Shown: one piece after another, positions 29,883 through 39,491 of the stretch | Layout: each line of letters begins with the position of its first letter | Position numbering within the stretch: position 1 is the first letter of the stretch | NCBI GenBank assembly: GCA_903857825.1 | Contig: CAIOGI010000003.1 | Coordinates: forward strand, 1 to 60,442 | From: Candidatus Tayloriibacteriota bacterium | GTDB lineage: Bacteria > Patescibacteriota > Minisyncoccia > Phycocordibacterales > PALSA-1337 | Direction: 5' to 3' | DNA length: 60,442 nt | Position numbers and translations under genes: made by a program | Notes under the pieces: generated by a model | Database searches by the model: none | What the model saw: only the letters and a program-made list of their open reading frames with translations | Told to the model about the DNA's origin: nothing

Positions 29883-30758
29883 ATGATAACACCAAACAAA
29901 GAATGCCCACAGCTAAAAGAGGCTTTAGAGATGGAATCCGTTTTCTTTAAACGTGAGGACCTTCATCCTTATGGTTCCCACAAAGGCAGATCAATACCCG
30001 TAATGATCGATCTATACTTGGCTCAGGGTAAAAAACATTTTGCTATTTCATCTTCTGGTAATGCGGCTTTGGCGGCATGTTTTCATATTGAAAAATTAAA
30101 TAATAATAGACTAGATAAAATTAAACTGGAAGTACTTGTTGGGCAACATATTTTTACAGAAAAATTAAGAAAACTAGAAAAATTTAAAAATGAAAGTATT
30201 TCAGTAACAATGCATGATCGTCCACTTCAAACTCTTTTCCAAAAAACAAAGGATGGCGATATTTGTACGCTAAGACAATCAACAGACGACACTGCCCTTA
30301 TTGGCTATAGTGAACTTGGCAAAGAATTATTAGAAATTCCAAACTTATCAGCTGTTTTTATTGGAACTTCTTCAGGTACTACAGCCCAAGCTTTGGCTGA
30401 ATATTTTATTAGAATTAATAAAAAAGTTGAATTACATATTGTACAAACATCATCTTGTCACACTATTTCTAATCATTTCGTTGATGACGAAACTCTCGAC
30501 GAGAAATCCATCGCAGATGCGATAGTCGATCATGGAGCATTGAGAAGAGACAATGTAATCAGATTAGTAGAAGAAACTAATGGTAGTGGTTGGATAGCTT
30601 CAAATGAACAAATTTTGTCAGCGCAAGAAATTACAAAAATAAATGAGGGAATAGATATATCTACGAATAGCGCTCTTTCAGTAGCTGGTTTAATGCAGGC
30701 TGTATATACTGGCAAAACTTGGGATGGTTCTGTTGTGTGCGTGATTTGCGGGGATTAA
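29883..30758 (+). CDS. PLP-dependent fold-type II enzyme (threonine synthase/cysteine synthase-like)
   Basis: KREDLHPYGSHKGR, SSSGNAA and GTSSGTT motifs. Confidence 0.8.
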   Translation: MITPNKECPQLKEALEMESVFFKREDLHPYGSHKGRSIPVMIDLYLAQGKKHFAISSSGNAALAACFHIEKLNNNRLDKIKLEVLVGQHIFTEKLRKLEKFKNESISVTMHDRPLQTLFQKTKDGDICTLRQSTDDTALIGYSELGKELLEIPNLSAVFIGTSSGTTAQALAEYFIRINKKVELHIVQTSSCHTISNHFVDDETLDEKSIADAIVDHGALRRDNVIRLVEETNGSGWIASNEQILSAQEITKINEGIDISTNSALSVAGLMQAVYTGKTWDGSVVCVICGD

Positions 30759-30772
30759 CAGTAGAAAATTTT

Positions 30773-32077
30773 CTACAATTCTCGCACAGCTCTTACAAAC
30801 CTCTCTCCCCTTTCTTTTCTAGAGACATCAACACCCACCGCATCAAAACCCGGACTAAATAAAACTATACCTTCTTTTTTTGTAGAATCTTTTGCCTTTA
30901 GAACTGCATCTTCAAGATTTAAAACTTGGTATACCTCAAGCCCTTCTATTTCTTCTATGTGCTTTCTTAATCCTATTGTTCCACTTCCAGGTAGTAATAT
31001 AACAGTAGATACATACTGAGACAGATTCTTGATCAATAGATCATAATCTTGACCGGTATATGCTCCTCCAAAAATTAAAGTAGTATTTTTGTCTTTATAT
31101 ATTGCTCTTAGTGCTGCTAAAGTAGATGCGGGACTTACGGATGACGCATCATTATAGTAATCAACATTTGCAACTTTTTTTATATATTCTATATGCCCCC
31201 TAAGACCTAGAAAGGTTTGAATCACTTCCATCGATATTTCCTTTGAAACCTTAAATAATTCACTAGTTTGTAAAGCTAATGAGGCATTTTCTTGATCATG
31301 AAGTGCTTTTTTTTCCATACCCCATTCTTTGGGAATTGAACTAGCTCTAGTACGAAGAATCTTTGCTTTAGAGATTATACTTGATCTTGATTTTATACTG
31401 TCTATCACCTCATCAGTAGCTACTATAAAGTTATTATAAGTCTGGAATTCAAGCATTTTAAATGATGTGACAGAAGTTAAAACTGCGACATGAGGACTCA
31501 TACGTATACCATAATAATATTCTATTAATGATTCTGGGATTCTGGCAAGAACTACATCACCTTTTTTTATCTTCTTTAAATGTGTTAATGCTCCTCCAGT
31601 AGAACTAGAGTCAAGCAAGAATAATCCTTGATCATCATACTCAAGAAAAGCCTTTTTCAGCATTCTGTATATCAAATGTACTACTGTACTTTTCCCATAC
31701 ATACCCATTACCCCCACAAAGGTGACTGGTGGCGCTAATTTAAAAAACAGAATATCAGCATATTCAATTTTGATTCCAGCATCAATAGCCTTCTTTAGAA
31801 AAGTTGATCTATAAGATACTTCTGTTGAAAGAATAATTTGATCAAATTCAAGCAAATCAATATCAATTATCTTTCCAAAGGAAAATCTATGAAGCCCACC
31901 TATTGAGAGGTCCATTATATAGTTTTTTATACGTTCTTCACTATGAGTATCGAATAAAGATACCTTTGCCTTATTTCTTAATAAGAATTTAATATCAGCG
32001 ATCATTTCTCCATGAGGACCTATACCTATAACCGCAATCTTTTTATCTTTGAAATAGTCTTTATAATTCACATGCAC
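30773..32077 (-). CDS. Divergent MurD-like Mur ligase
   Basis: KKIAVIGIG, GVMGMYGKST, YYNDASS, LIFGG and VLFSPG motifs. Confidence 0.7.
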   Translation of the reverse strand: MHVNYKDYFKDKKIAVIGIGPHGEMIADIKFLLRNKAKVSLFDTHSEERIKNYIMDLSIGGLHRFSFGKIIDIDLLEFDQIILSTEVSYRSTFLKKAIDAGIKIEYADILFFKLAPPVTFVGVMGMYGKSTVVHLIYRMLKKAFLEYDDQGLFLLDSSSTGGALTHLKKIKKGDVVLARIPESLIEYYYGIRMSPHVAVLTSVTSFKMLEFQTYNNFIVATDEVIDSIKSRSSIISKAKILRTRASSIPKEWGMEKKALHDQENASLALQTSELFKVSKEISMEVIQTFLGLRGHIEYIKKVANVDYYNDASSVSPASTLAALRAIYKDKNTTLIFGGAYTGQDYDLLIKNLSQYVSTVILLPGSGTIGLRKHIEEIEGLEVYQVLNLEDAVLKAKDSTKKEGIVLFSPGFDAVGVDVSRKERGERFVRAVREL

Positions 32078-32091
32078 TATTATATCAAATT

Positions 32092-32400
32092 TTATGGTTT
32101 TAATTTACTCTCATCAATTATCATACTCTTAACCTTTATCATTTCTTGAAGTAATGCCTGAAGCTTAATTGAACTTTCATTATTTATTGTATCTGAAGCT
32201 ACAAATATAGATATCTTGCATAGGAATAGATTGTATATATCATTAAAATACTTCTCTAATATATCTGTACGGTCAATAGCCCCATTGTCTTTATCATTTA
32301 AAAAAAAGATATCTACCGGCCTATTTATGCCTTCAAAATACAAGAAGTCATCTGATAATATTCCATCTATTACTGGGTATGATTTTTGGTATTTTTTCAT
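32092..32400 (-). CDS. Hypothetical protein
   Basis: ORF co-directional with and directly after radC. Confidence 0.5.
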   Translation of the reverse strand: MKKYQKSYPVIDGILSDDFLYFEGINRPVDIFFLNDKDNGAIDRTDILEKYFNDIYNLFLCKISIFVASDTINNESSIKLQALLQEMIKVKSMIIDESKLKP

Positions 32401-32414
32401 AATGTATTTATTAA

Positions 32415-33155
32415 TTAATAACCAGCATGAATACTAATAAAATTATCTTTTGTAATGATTACGTGGTCTAAAATATTTATACCTATCATCTTACCTGCCT
32501 GTACAAGCTGTTTGGTGATTTCTATGTCTTGCTTGCTTGGTGTTGATATATTTGAAGGATGATTGTGAGCAAGTACAATAGCCACAGCATTGTATTCTAT
32601 GGCAGGTCTAAATACTTCTCTCGGATGAACAATGTTTGAATTTATTGTGCCTATAGAAATTACTTCATCGTGAATGATTAGATTATGACTATTCAAATAC
32701 AATCCCCGAAGATGCTCTTTTGGTAGATTACGCATATCTTGTAAATACTCATAAGTATCTCTTGCGGTACGTATTGTTGTAAAACCATTTTCATGTTTTT
32801 CATAAAATCTCCTTCCCAATTCTCCACAAGCAATTATCTTGCTAGATTTTATAATTGAAATATTCAAATCCTTGGACATTTTATTAACATTTTTTTGTGA
32901 AATTACACTTTTTTCTCCATAATCTTTGATTATACGATTTGATACCTCGATCACATCTTCATTCTTATTTCCTGTATTTAAAATAATTGCCAATAATTCA
33001 GCCGAGGAAAGTGTACTCGGGCCATATTTTATAAGTTTTTCTCTTGGTTTCTGCTCAATGGGCATATCTCGAATCCTAAGAACATATTTTCTTTCATTGT
33101 CTAAAAAAAGATTTGTATCTTTTTGCTTATAATTTTTTTGTATATTTTTATTCAT
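32415..33155 (-). CDS. radC: RadC/JAB-domain protein
   Basis: KPREKL, VHPREVF, AHNHPS and ILDHVI motifs. Confidence 0.9.
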   Translation of the reverse strand: MNKNIQKNYKQKDTNLFLDNERKYVLRIRDMPIEQKPREKLIKYGPSTLSSAELLAIILNTGNKNEDVIEVSNRIIKDYGEKSVISQKNVNKMSKDLNISIIKSSKIIACGELGRRFYEKHENGFTTIRTARDTYEYLQDMRNLPKEHLRGLYLNSHNLIIHDEVISIGTINSNIVHPREVFRPAIEYNAVAIVLAHNHPSNISTPSKQDIEITKQLVQAGKMIGINILDHVIITKDNFISIHAGY

Positions 33156-33176
33156 TTCAAAATTATACTTCTAAAA

Positions 33177-33202
33177 GAAATATGCCCACAAGGGCATATT
33201 TC
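33177..33202 (-). terminator. Hairpin downstream of pyk
   Basis: Perfect 11-bp stem GAAATATGCCC/GGGCATATTTC followed by a short T run on minus. Confidence 0.6.
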
Positions 33203-33243
33203 ATAAAAAATTTATCGTTTCTTTAGAATCTGTGGATAAGTGA

Positions 33244-34659
33244 CTATAAAACCTCGATAAGCATCATATTTGTCTCTTTTATCTTTCCAAATGGCATACC
33301 TCCAACGATAACAACTTTATCGCCCTCGGCAGCAATTTTTTCTTTTAGCGCAACATCTCGGACGACGGACATGATTTGGTCAATTGTTGTAAATCTTTCA
33401 ACTACAATAGGATAACAACCAAAAGATAACATCAATTTTCTTGCTACGGCAGAAGTCATAGTCAATGCTACAACTCTTTCTGCAGGGCGATACCTTGCCA
33501 ACATTCTTGCTGTTCTTCCAGATTCAGTTAATGCAACAATAAATCTCGCGTCTACTTCGTGAGAAGCTAGAACAGCAGATTGAGAAGTTATGTCTGTAAT
33601 ACCATGTGAATCATCATATTCAGCAATGGTATCTGCAGTGTAAACATCTTTTTCTACACGCGTCGCGATGCGTGTCATCATTTCTACGGCTTCAACTGGA
33701 AATTCTCCCAATGTTGTCTCCTCGGAAAGCATGATTGCATCTGTACCATCGATAATAGCATTTGCTATATCTGACACTTCAGCTCTTGTTGGTACTGGAC
33801 TTTTTATCATTGATTCAAGCATTTGTGTCGCTGTAATAACAGGCTTACCCAATGAATTACATTTCTGTATAAGCATTTTCTGCACTAGTGGAACTTCCTC
33901 AGCAGGAATTTCTATTGCCAGGTCCCCTCTAGCAACCATCAAACCATCAGCAAGATTTATTATTTCATCTATATTTTCTAATGCTTCTGGTGTTTCAATC
34001 TTCGCTATTATACCAGCCTTAGAGTCTGCAGCTTTCAATATATCTCTCAATTCAGTAATATCTGATGGTCTTCTAACAAATGAAAGTGCTATAAAATCAA
34101 CTTGATTTTTTATACCAAATTCTAAATCTTTTCTATCTTTATCTGTGATTGAACTGATAGAAAGATATGCTCCTGGCAGGTTTACTCCTCTCTTGTTCTT
34201 TATTTCCCCTCCAACGATAACTTTGGTAATAACATCATTTCCTTTTATATCTGTAATCTGTAGTTTTTTCTTTCCATCATGCAACAATACATATCCACCA
34301 ACCTTTACTTCCTTTGGTAGTTTTTTGTAATTAACCGAAACCTTACTTTCATTACCCATTACTTCGTCCGTAGTAAGGATAAACTCTTGACCCTCGACTA
34401 AAGTTGCAAGTCCTTTTTCAAATTCACCTATTCTTATTTTTGGTCCACCAAGATCCTGCATTACCGCAATCGTCTTCCCTGTATTATCTGTTACCTTCTT
34501 AAGATTTTCTATACGATTCTGATGTTCAGCAAAATCTCCATGTGAGAAGTTTAAACGCATTACATTCATTCCTGCTTCCACCAACGCATTTAGCTTTTCT
34601 TCACTTTCTGTTGCTGGACCGATTGTACAGACTATTTTTGTCTTCTTTCCAAGATTCAT
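33244..34659 (-). CDS. pyk: Pyruvate kinase
   Basis: KIVCTIGP, RLNFSHG, ARGDL and TATQMLESM motifs. Confidence 0.97.
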   Translation of the reverse strand: MNLGKKTKIVCTIGPATESEEKLNALVEAGMNVMRLNFSHGDFAEHQNRIENLKKVTDNTGKTIAVMQDLGGPKIRIGEFEKGLATLVEGQEFILTTDEVMGNESKVSVNYKKLPKEVKVGGYVLLHDGKKKLQITDIKGNDVITKVIVGGEIKNKRGVNLPGAYLSISSITDKDRKDLEFGIKNQVDFIALSFVRRPSDITELRDILKAADSKAGIIAKIETPEALENIDEIINLADGLMVARGDLAIEIPAEEVPLVQKMLIQKCNSLGKPVITATQMLESMIKSPVPTRAEVSDIANAIIDGTDAIMLSEETTLGEFPVEAVEMMTRIATRVEKDVYTADTIAEYDDSHGITDITSQSAVLASHEVDARFIVALTESGRTARMLARYRPAERVVALTMTSAVARKLMLSFGCYPIVVERFTTIDQIMSVVRDVALKEKIAAEGDKVVIVGGMPFGKIKETNMMLIEVL

Positions 34660-34869
34660 TGTATTTTATTAAACTATTAATTAGAGATTTAATACTACTA
34701 CATAAACGCAGTTCTGACAAAATTTCAAAAATTGATGTCTTAGTATTTTTATCCATATTATTTTGATTTTAGTTAATAAAATTGGATTAAATATGAATGA
34801 ATTTTATCACTAATAAAAATGAAAACACTATTGTGTTAGGATGATTTTTGTATTTAAAAAATACTAAAA

Positions 34870-35307
34870 TTAGAGTACCTTGTAAGACCTGGCAATACAT
34901 TCGAAAGTACCATCTTTCATAAAAAAGACAAAGTGTATACAATCACTAATATTTTTGTATTCTTCATTCAAAATATTAGTACCCTTTCCCAGCAAGGAAT
35001 TCTTCCAATCATAACCTTTAACGATATAAAAAGCATTAAATTCTAGATCGGGAAATCTGGTAAAAGAATATATACTATCATTCTTGATTTTGGGATTTGA
35101 TTTTGAGTCAAAGAAACCCTCGTCGTTTGGGTCGCCTATACGATACATAAGGGGTTCATTAAAAATAATCTTACCCTCTGTATTATAAACATTTGTAGAA
35201 AAACTTAATAATAAAGTATCACTAAACACGTCAACTTTGGGAGTGGCGGTATTTGGTTCAGGTTTAAGTGGAATATCTAATTTATCAAACGTTATTTTTG
35301 TATTCAT
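34870..35307 (-). CDS. Hypothetical protein
   Basis: 145-aa ORF starting 3 nt after the tRNA discriminator base. Confidence 0.6.
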   Translation of the reverse strand: MNTKITFDKLDIPLKPEPNTATPKVDVFSDTLLLSFSTNVYNTEGKIIFNEPLMYRIGDPNDEGFFDSKSNPKIKNDSIYSFTRFPDLEFNAFYIVKGYDWKNSLLGKGTNILNEEYKNISDCIHFVFFMKDGTFECIARSYKVL

Positions 35308-35310
35308 TTG

Positions 35311-35383
35311 TGCGCCCGGAGGGACTCGAACCCACGGCCAATCGAGTATAAGTCGACCGCTCTACCAACTGAGCTACGGGCGC
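35311..35383 (-). tRNA. tRNA-Ile (anticodon UAU)
   Basis: GCGCCCG/CGGGCGC acceptor stem, TAGCTCAGTTGGTAGAGC D-arm, anticodon loop CT-TAT-AC, GGTTCGAGTCC T-arm; CCA not encoded. Confidence 0.92.
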
Positions 35384-35403
35384 TCTCATATAATAGACTA
35401 TTA

Positions 35404-36081
35404 TTAGTTTTTTCTCAACATTACAGAATCTTTAATATATTTTAAAGAGGAAATTATTTTATTGTATAGAACCATATCATATACCATAAGTGAACATGTT
35501 CCATGACCAAATCCACTTTTATAAGTGATATCAGTGAGATTTGATTTCTTTATATATGGTTTTTTAAAATTTTCTTTTGAAATCTTTAATAAATTTGACC
35601 AAAATTCTACTTCTTCTTCAATATCCATATCCTTATACAACTGCAACCTTACGAATATTTTGTCTTTTGGCACCTTAATTGTTATTAAAAATTTAAGAAA
35701 AAATAATACCATTGCAGGATCAGTATTAGAAAGTACAACCGAACTACTTGCTACCTTAGTTCCTTCACCCCAATATAGAAACAAACCACATAATTTTATC
35801 TCTCGCTCTGATAACCTACCAATATCTCTTCCAACTTCATTATAGACATTTTCCAATTTTTTCCTTTTATTATTTTCTTTAGTATTTCTACATTTTTCTA
35901 TTCTTATTTGACTATTATCTCTCAATTCCCTAATTTTCTCATTAGACAAAGGAAAAAAATGCAACCACTTGCTGAGAGTGCTTTTACTTACTTTTACCTC
36001 ATTTCTTATCTGACTATAACTCTTACCTTCTAATCTTAATTTTATTGCTTTTTCTTTTTCTAATTTCTTTGACATCAACAA
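35404..36081 (-). CDS. HTH plus LAGLIDADG-like domain protein
   Basis: N-terminal GKSYSQI...VSKSTLSKW HTH; LCGLFLYWGEG helix followed by SNTDP. Confidence 0.65.
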   Translation of the reverse strand: MLMSKKLEKEKAIKLRLEGKSYSQIRNEVKVSKSTLSKWLHFFPLSNEKIRELRDNSQIRIEKCRNTKENNKRKKLENVYNEVGRDIGRLSEREIKLCGLFLYWGEGTKVASSSVVLSNTDPAMVLFFLKFLITIKVPKDKIFVRLQLYKDMDIEEEVEFWSNLLKISKENFKKPYIKKSNLTDITYKSGFGHGTCSLMVYDMVLYNKIISSLKYIKDSVMLRKN

Positions 36082-36082
36082 A

Positions 36083-38008
36083 TTATACTATCTCTTCCTT
36101 CTTCTTCGGCTGTATACCATGGGCCACTATTATACTCTCATATTCATCTCTTTCAAGATTCTCAATTTCAATCAACCTCTTTGCTACTGCATCCAATGCT
36201 GGCTTGTACTTTATAACAGCATCCTCGGCTTTTTTATAGGACTCTTGCATAATTCTAGCCACCTCTGAGTCTATATCCGCACTCACTTTCTCTGAATAAT
36301 CTTTATCCTCAACCCCCTTACCAAACAGCGCCCGGCCACCAGAACTTTCCAAAGCAAGTACACCGATTTTCTCTGACATACCATATTTAGTTACCATATC
36401 TCGAGCAAGCGCAGTAGATACTTGAAGGTCATTTGATGGTCCAGTTGTTACATCATTAAACATCATTTTTTCTACAACATAACCACCCAGAGATACCGCA
36501 ATATCGTCGAGGAATTCTTTTTTGCTTTGTAATTTTCTATCTTCCAGTGGCAAATGAAGTGTATATCCAGCCGCTCTACCACGAGAGATTATGGATATTT
36601 TATGAACTGGATCTGCGTAAGGTAAAACAGATGAGACCAAAGCATGTCCAGCTTCATGATATGCCGTAATTTCTTTTTCTTTCTTTGAAAGCAAATGACT
36701 CTTTCTTTCTGGGCCAAGCATAACCTTTTCAATAGCTCTTATGAGGTCATACTGCGAAATCTTTGTCCTATTCTCTCTTGCGGCAAGTATGGCTCCCTCA
36801 TTCATAAGTGAATATAAATCTGCACCAGAAAATCCTGGAGTTCTCTCAGCGATTACACGAAGTACAACATCTTCAGCAAATGGTTTCTTTGTTGAATGTA
36901 TTTTCAAAATTTCTTCTCTGTCATTTCTATCTGGTAAATCAATAGTAACCCGTCTATCAAATCTTCCTGGACGAAGCAAGGCAGGATCAAGTACGTCAGG
37001 CCTATTTGTTGCAGCCATGACAATCACTTTTTCATTTGGCTCAAAACCATCCATTTCTACAAGTATTTGATTTAATGTCTGCTCTCTTTCATCATTTCCA
37101 CCCCCAACACCAGTACCTCGAACTCTTCCGACGGCATCTATCTCGTCGACAAAGATAATGGCTGGAGCATTTTGTTTCGCCATTTTAAATAAATCCCTTA
37201 CTCTGGAAGCACCAACACCAACAAACATTTCCACGAACTCCGATCCTGAAATAGCGAAGAATGCCACACCAGCCTCCCCTGCGACAGCACGAGCAAGTAA
37301 AGTTTTTCCAGTTCCCGGTGCCCCCATTAGCAAGATGCCCTTAGGAATTACTGCACCAATTTCTAGAAACTTTTTTGGATTTTTAAGAAAATCTACAATC
37401 TCTGCCAGCTCCTGCTTCGCCTCCTTTGCTCCGGCAACATCTTTAAAAGTGACTTTCTGTTTTTGATCATCTGGCATTGTTATTCTTGCTTTGGATTGAC
37501 CAAAAGTAAATGCCTGCATACCAGCACCTTTAACCTGTCTAGTAAGAAACCAAATAATCAATCCGAGAAATAGAAGAGGTGCCAGAAAAGGAGCTATTTG
37601 TACAAACCAATACATAAAACCACTTGGACCTTCTACATTTATTTTCACTGCATTTAATTTCTCTGGGGTGAGACCATATCTTGCAAATGTCTCTGTTACT
37701 GAAGAGTCTGTTTCCTTATTTGTTTCTTTTATTGTCTTTTTTTCATCATTGTATTCTGCAAGAAGACTATCACCTTTAACAGTGACCGAGGTTACATTTC
37801 CAGCTCCAATATCCTTAACTAATTCTGAAAGTGTGATTTTAACGGTTGATGTCTTTTTATCCACAATCATCGAGTACAGGCCAGAAATCATAAAAAGTAT
37901 TAGTAACCCAATGGTAATAGAATTTAGTAAACCAAACTTATTTGGCTTCTTGACTCCCTTTTTATCTCCATTATTTGTTTTATTTTGCTGTTGATTCATA
38001 TATTTCAT
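36083..38008 (-). CDS. ftsH: ATP-dependent zinc metalloprotease FtsH
   Basis: [22 protein letters not shown] and HEAGH motifs. Confidence 0.97.
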   Translation of the reverse strand: MKYMNQQQNKTNNGDKKGVKKPNKFGLLNSITIGLLILFMISGLYSMIVDKKTSTVKITLSELVKDIGAGNVTSVTVKGDSLLAEYNDEKKTIKETNKETDSSVTETFARYGLTPEKLNAVKINVEGPSGFMYWFVQIAPFLAPLLFLGLIIWFLTRQVKGAGMQAFTFGQSKARITMPDDQKQKVTFKDVAGAKEAKQELAEIVDFLKNPKKFLEIGAVIPKGILLMGAPGTGKTLLARAVAGEAGVAFFAISGSEFVEMFVGVGASRVRDLFKMAKQNAPAIIFVDEIDAVGRVRGTGVGGGNDEREQTLNQILVEMDGFEPNEKVIVMAATNRPDVLDPALLRPGRFDRRVTIDLPDRNDREEILKIHSTKKPFAEDVVLRVIAERTPGFSGADLYSLMNEGAILAARENRTKISQYDLIRAIEKVMLGPERKSHLLSKKEKEITAYHEAGHALVSSVLPYADPVHKISIISRGRAAGYTLHLPLEDRKLQSKKEFLDDIAVSLGGYVVEKMMFNDVTTGPSNDLQVSTALARDMVTKYGMSEKIGVLALESSGGRALFGKGVEDKDYSEKVSADIDSEVARIMQESYKKAEDAVIKYKPALDAVAKRLIEIENLERDEYESIIVAHGIQPKKKEEIV

Positions 38009-38061
38009 ATTACTATTAAAACAGGAAAATTGAAAGAAAAAATGCTATTATAATTTATGCG

Positions 38062-38511
38062 ATGACTGAATCACTTATATACAACAAAAAAGCCGGAATG
38101 GACTATGAAATCATGGAGTCCTTCGAGGCTGGAATAGAACTTCTTGGGCTAGAAGTTAAAAGTTTAAGAAAAAACCAAGGTTCTTTACTTGGCGCGCATG
38201 TTACAGTTAGAGGCGGTGAAGCTTTCATCACAGCTTCAAATATCCCAGCATATCAAGAAAAAAATACTCCAAAAGAATATGATCCAAAAAGGAATCGCCG
38301 ACTTCTATTAACAAAAGCAGAAATTCAAAAGCTTGCTGCCCTCGAAGCCAAAAAGGGTTTGACAATAGTTCCTATTTCAATGTATAATAAGGGCAAGAAA
38401 ATCAAGGTTCAAGTCGCCATTGTCCGTGGAAAGAAGAAGTTCGATAAGCGTGAGGACATAAAGAAGCGCGATACCGACCGAGAGATTCGAAGAGAGTTTA
38501 AAGATCGTTGA
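38062..38511 (+). CDS. smpB: SsrA-binding protein
   Basis: NKKA, EAGIEL.G.EVKS and GKKKFDKRE motifs. Confidence 0.96.
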   Translation: MTESLIYNKKAGMDYEIMESFEAGIELLGLEVKSLRKNQGSLLGAHVTVRGGEAFITASNIPAYQEKNTPKEYDPKRNRRLLLTKAEIQKLAALEAKKGLTIVPISMYNKGKKIKVQVAIVRGKKKFDKREDIKKRDTDREIRREFKDR

Positions 38512-38517
38512 CAACTT

Positions 38518-38637
38518 AGAAAGAGGGCTGTGATATTGTTTCTCGAAAACGAAAAATTTCTTGCTAGAAATTTTCCTCGGTCCTCAGGCCGTCGCCTTGC
38601 GGATGTTTCTCAAAAGCAATATCACAGCCTTCTTTCT
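38518..38637. repeat. Branched palindromic element between smpB and ssrA
   Basis: ~24-bp arms AGAAAGAGGGCTGTGATATTGTTT/AAGCAATATCACAGCCTTCTTTCT enclosing hairpin AAAATTTCT-TGCT-AGAAATTTT. Confidence 0.75.
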
Positions 38638-38646
38638 TAAACACAT

Positions 38647-39060
38647 GGGGATGAAAGGCCTCGACAGTTGAGGTACTTCATATTGTGCATTGTAGAGCTC
38701 CATTGTCTCTTAAAACCGATGGAAACTCGTAACTGCTAATTCAGCAATTACAAAGGTAAAGGCTGCTGTGTCTCCATATTTTGGATCACACAACTTTACT
38801 TTCGCTCTAGCTACGGCTTAAGCGACGTCTCACATCATGCGTTCTGAATGGTGTTGAGGTGATATAAACATGAACTAGAATTATATTCGCTTCCCTGCTT
38901 ATAATTCGAAACCTTGGGAATCGCCTACATATATTTTGTTTACTTTATAGTATGTAAGTTAAAAGAGTAGGTTGAAAGATCTGCTCGCTAAAGTTTTCTA
39001 TACAATGTAGAAGCAATATAAGATTTCATCTGCACGGCGGTTCGATTCCGCCCATCTCCA
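38647..39060 (+). ncRNA. ssrA: tmRNA
   Basis: GGGGATG/CATCTCC acceptor stem with G3.U pair, TCGAC near the 5' end, GGTTCGATTCC T-arm, tag ORF 38735-38821; adjacent to smpB. Confidence 0.93.
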
Positions 39061-39189
39061 CAATATTGAGACATGTAATATTCCTTGCCTAATATTCTAA
39101 CAAGTTGTAAGCTAAATGTAGCTAGAAAACTAATCCTGTACTAAATTCGCCTGTTGCGAATCTGGTATTGGAGAATAATCGAAAAATCT

Positions 39190-39435
39190 ATGAGCACGAA
39201 GCATAGGGTACTCCATACTGAGCCAGCCGCGCCAGGCTTCTTTACAAAAAGGTGTGTGGTAGTTCCCGAACCAAGAAAGACATCAAGAGTAGATGTCATC
39301 ACCTACGGGGCAGGTGCCTTTTATTTACACAAATCAAAACCACCAACCACATATGTGGTCGTCAGAATCGGCGCCGACGCACCACAAGAGTTGGTGGAAT
39401 TTGGTCGATTAGCAAAAAAACTAAGACAAGGATAA
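39190..39435 (+). CDS. Hypothetical protein
   Basis: ATG ORF downstream of ssrA followed by a terminator. Confidence 0.45.
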   Translation: MSTKHRVLHTEPAAPGFFTKRCVVVPEPRKTSRVDVITYGAGAFYLHKSKPPTTYVVVRIGADAPQELVEFGRLAKKLRQG

Positions 39436-39455
39436 TCTCGTCAACAATTCCCACA

Positions 39456-39486
39456 AAGCCCTTTTGCGAAAGGGCTTCTATTTTTT
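39456..39486 (+). terminator. Intrinsic terminator between convergent small ORFs
   Basis: AAGCCCTTT-TGCG-AAAGGGCTT followed by CTATTTTTT. Confidence 0.7.
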
Positions 39487-39491
39487 ATCAT

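Noticed and set aside
33177..33202. Member of the repeat family (shares GCCCTTGTGG on minus)
   Set aside because: The match is only ~10 nt and lacks the CGAC/GAAGT context; a simple terminator explains it
34660..34869. AT-rich gap as a replication origin
   Set aside because: No DnaA-box cluster or dnaA/dnaN context
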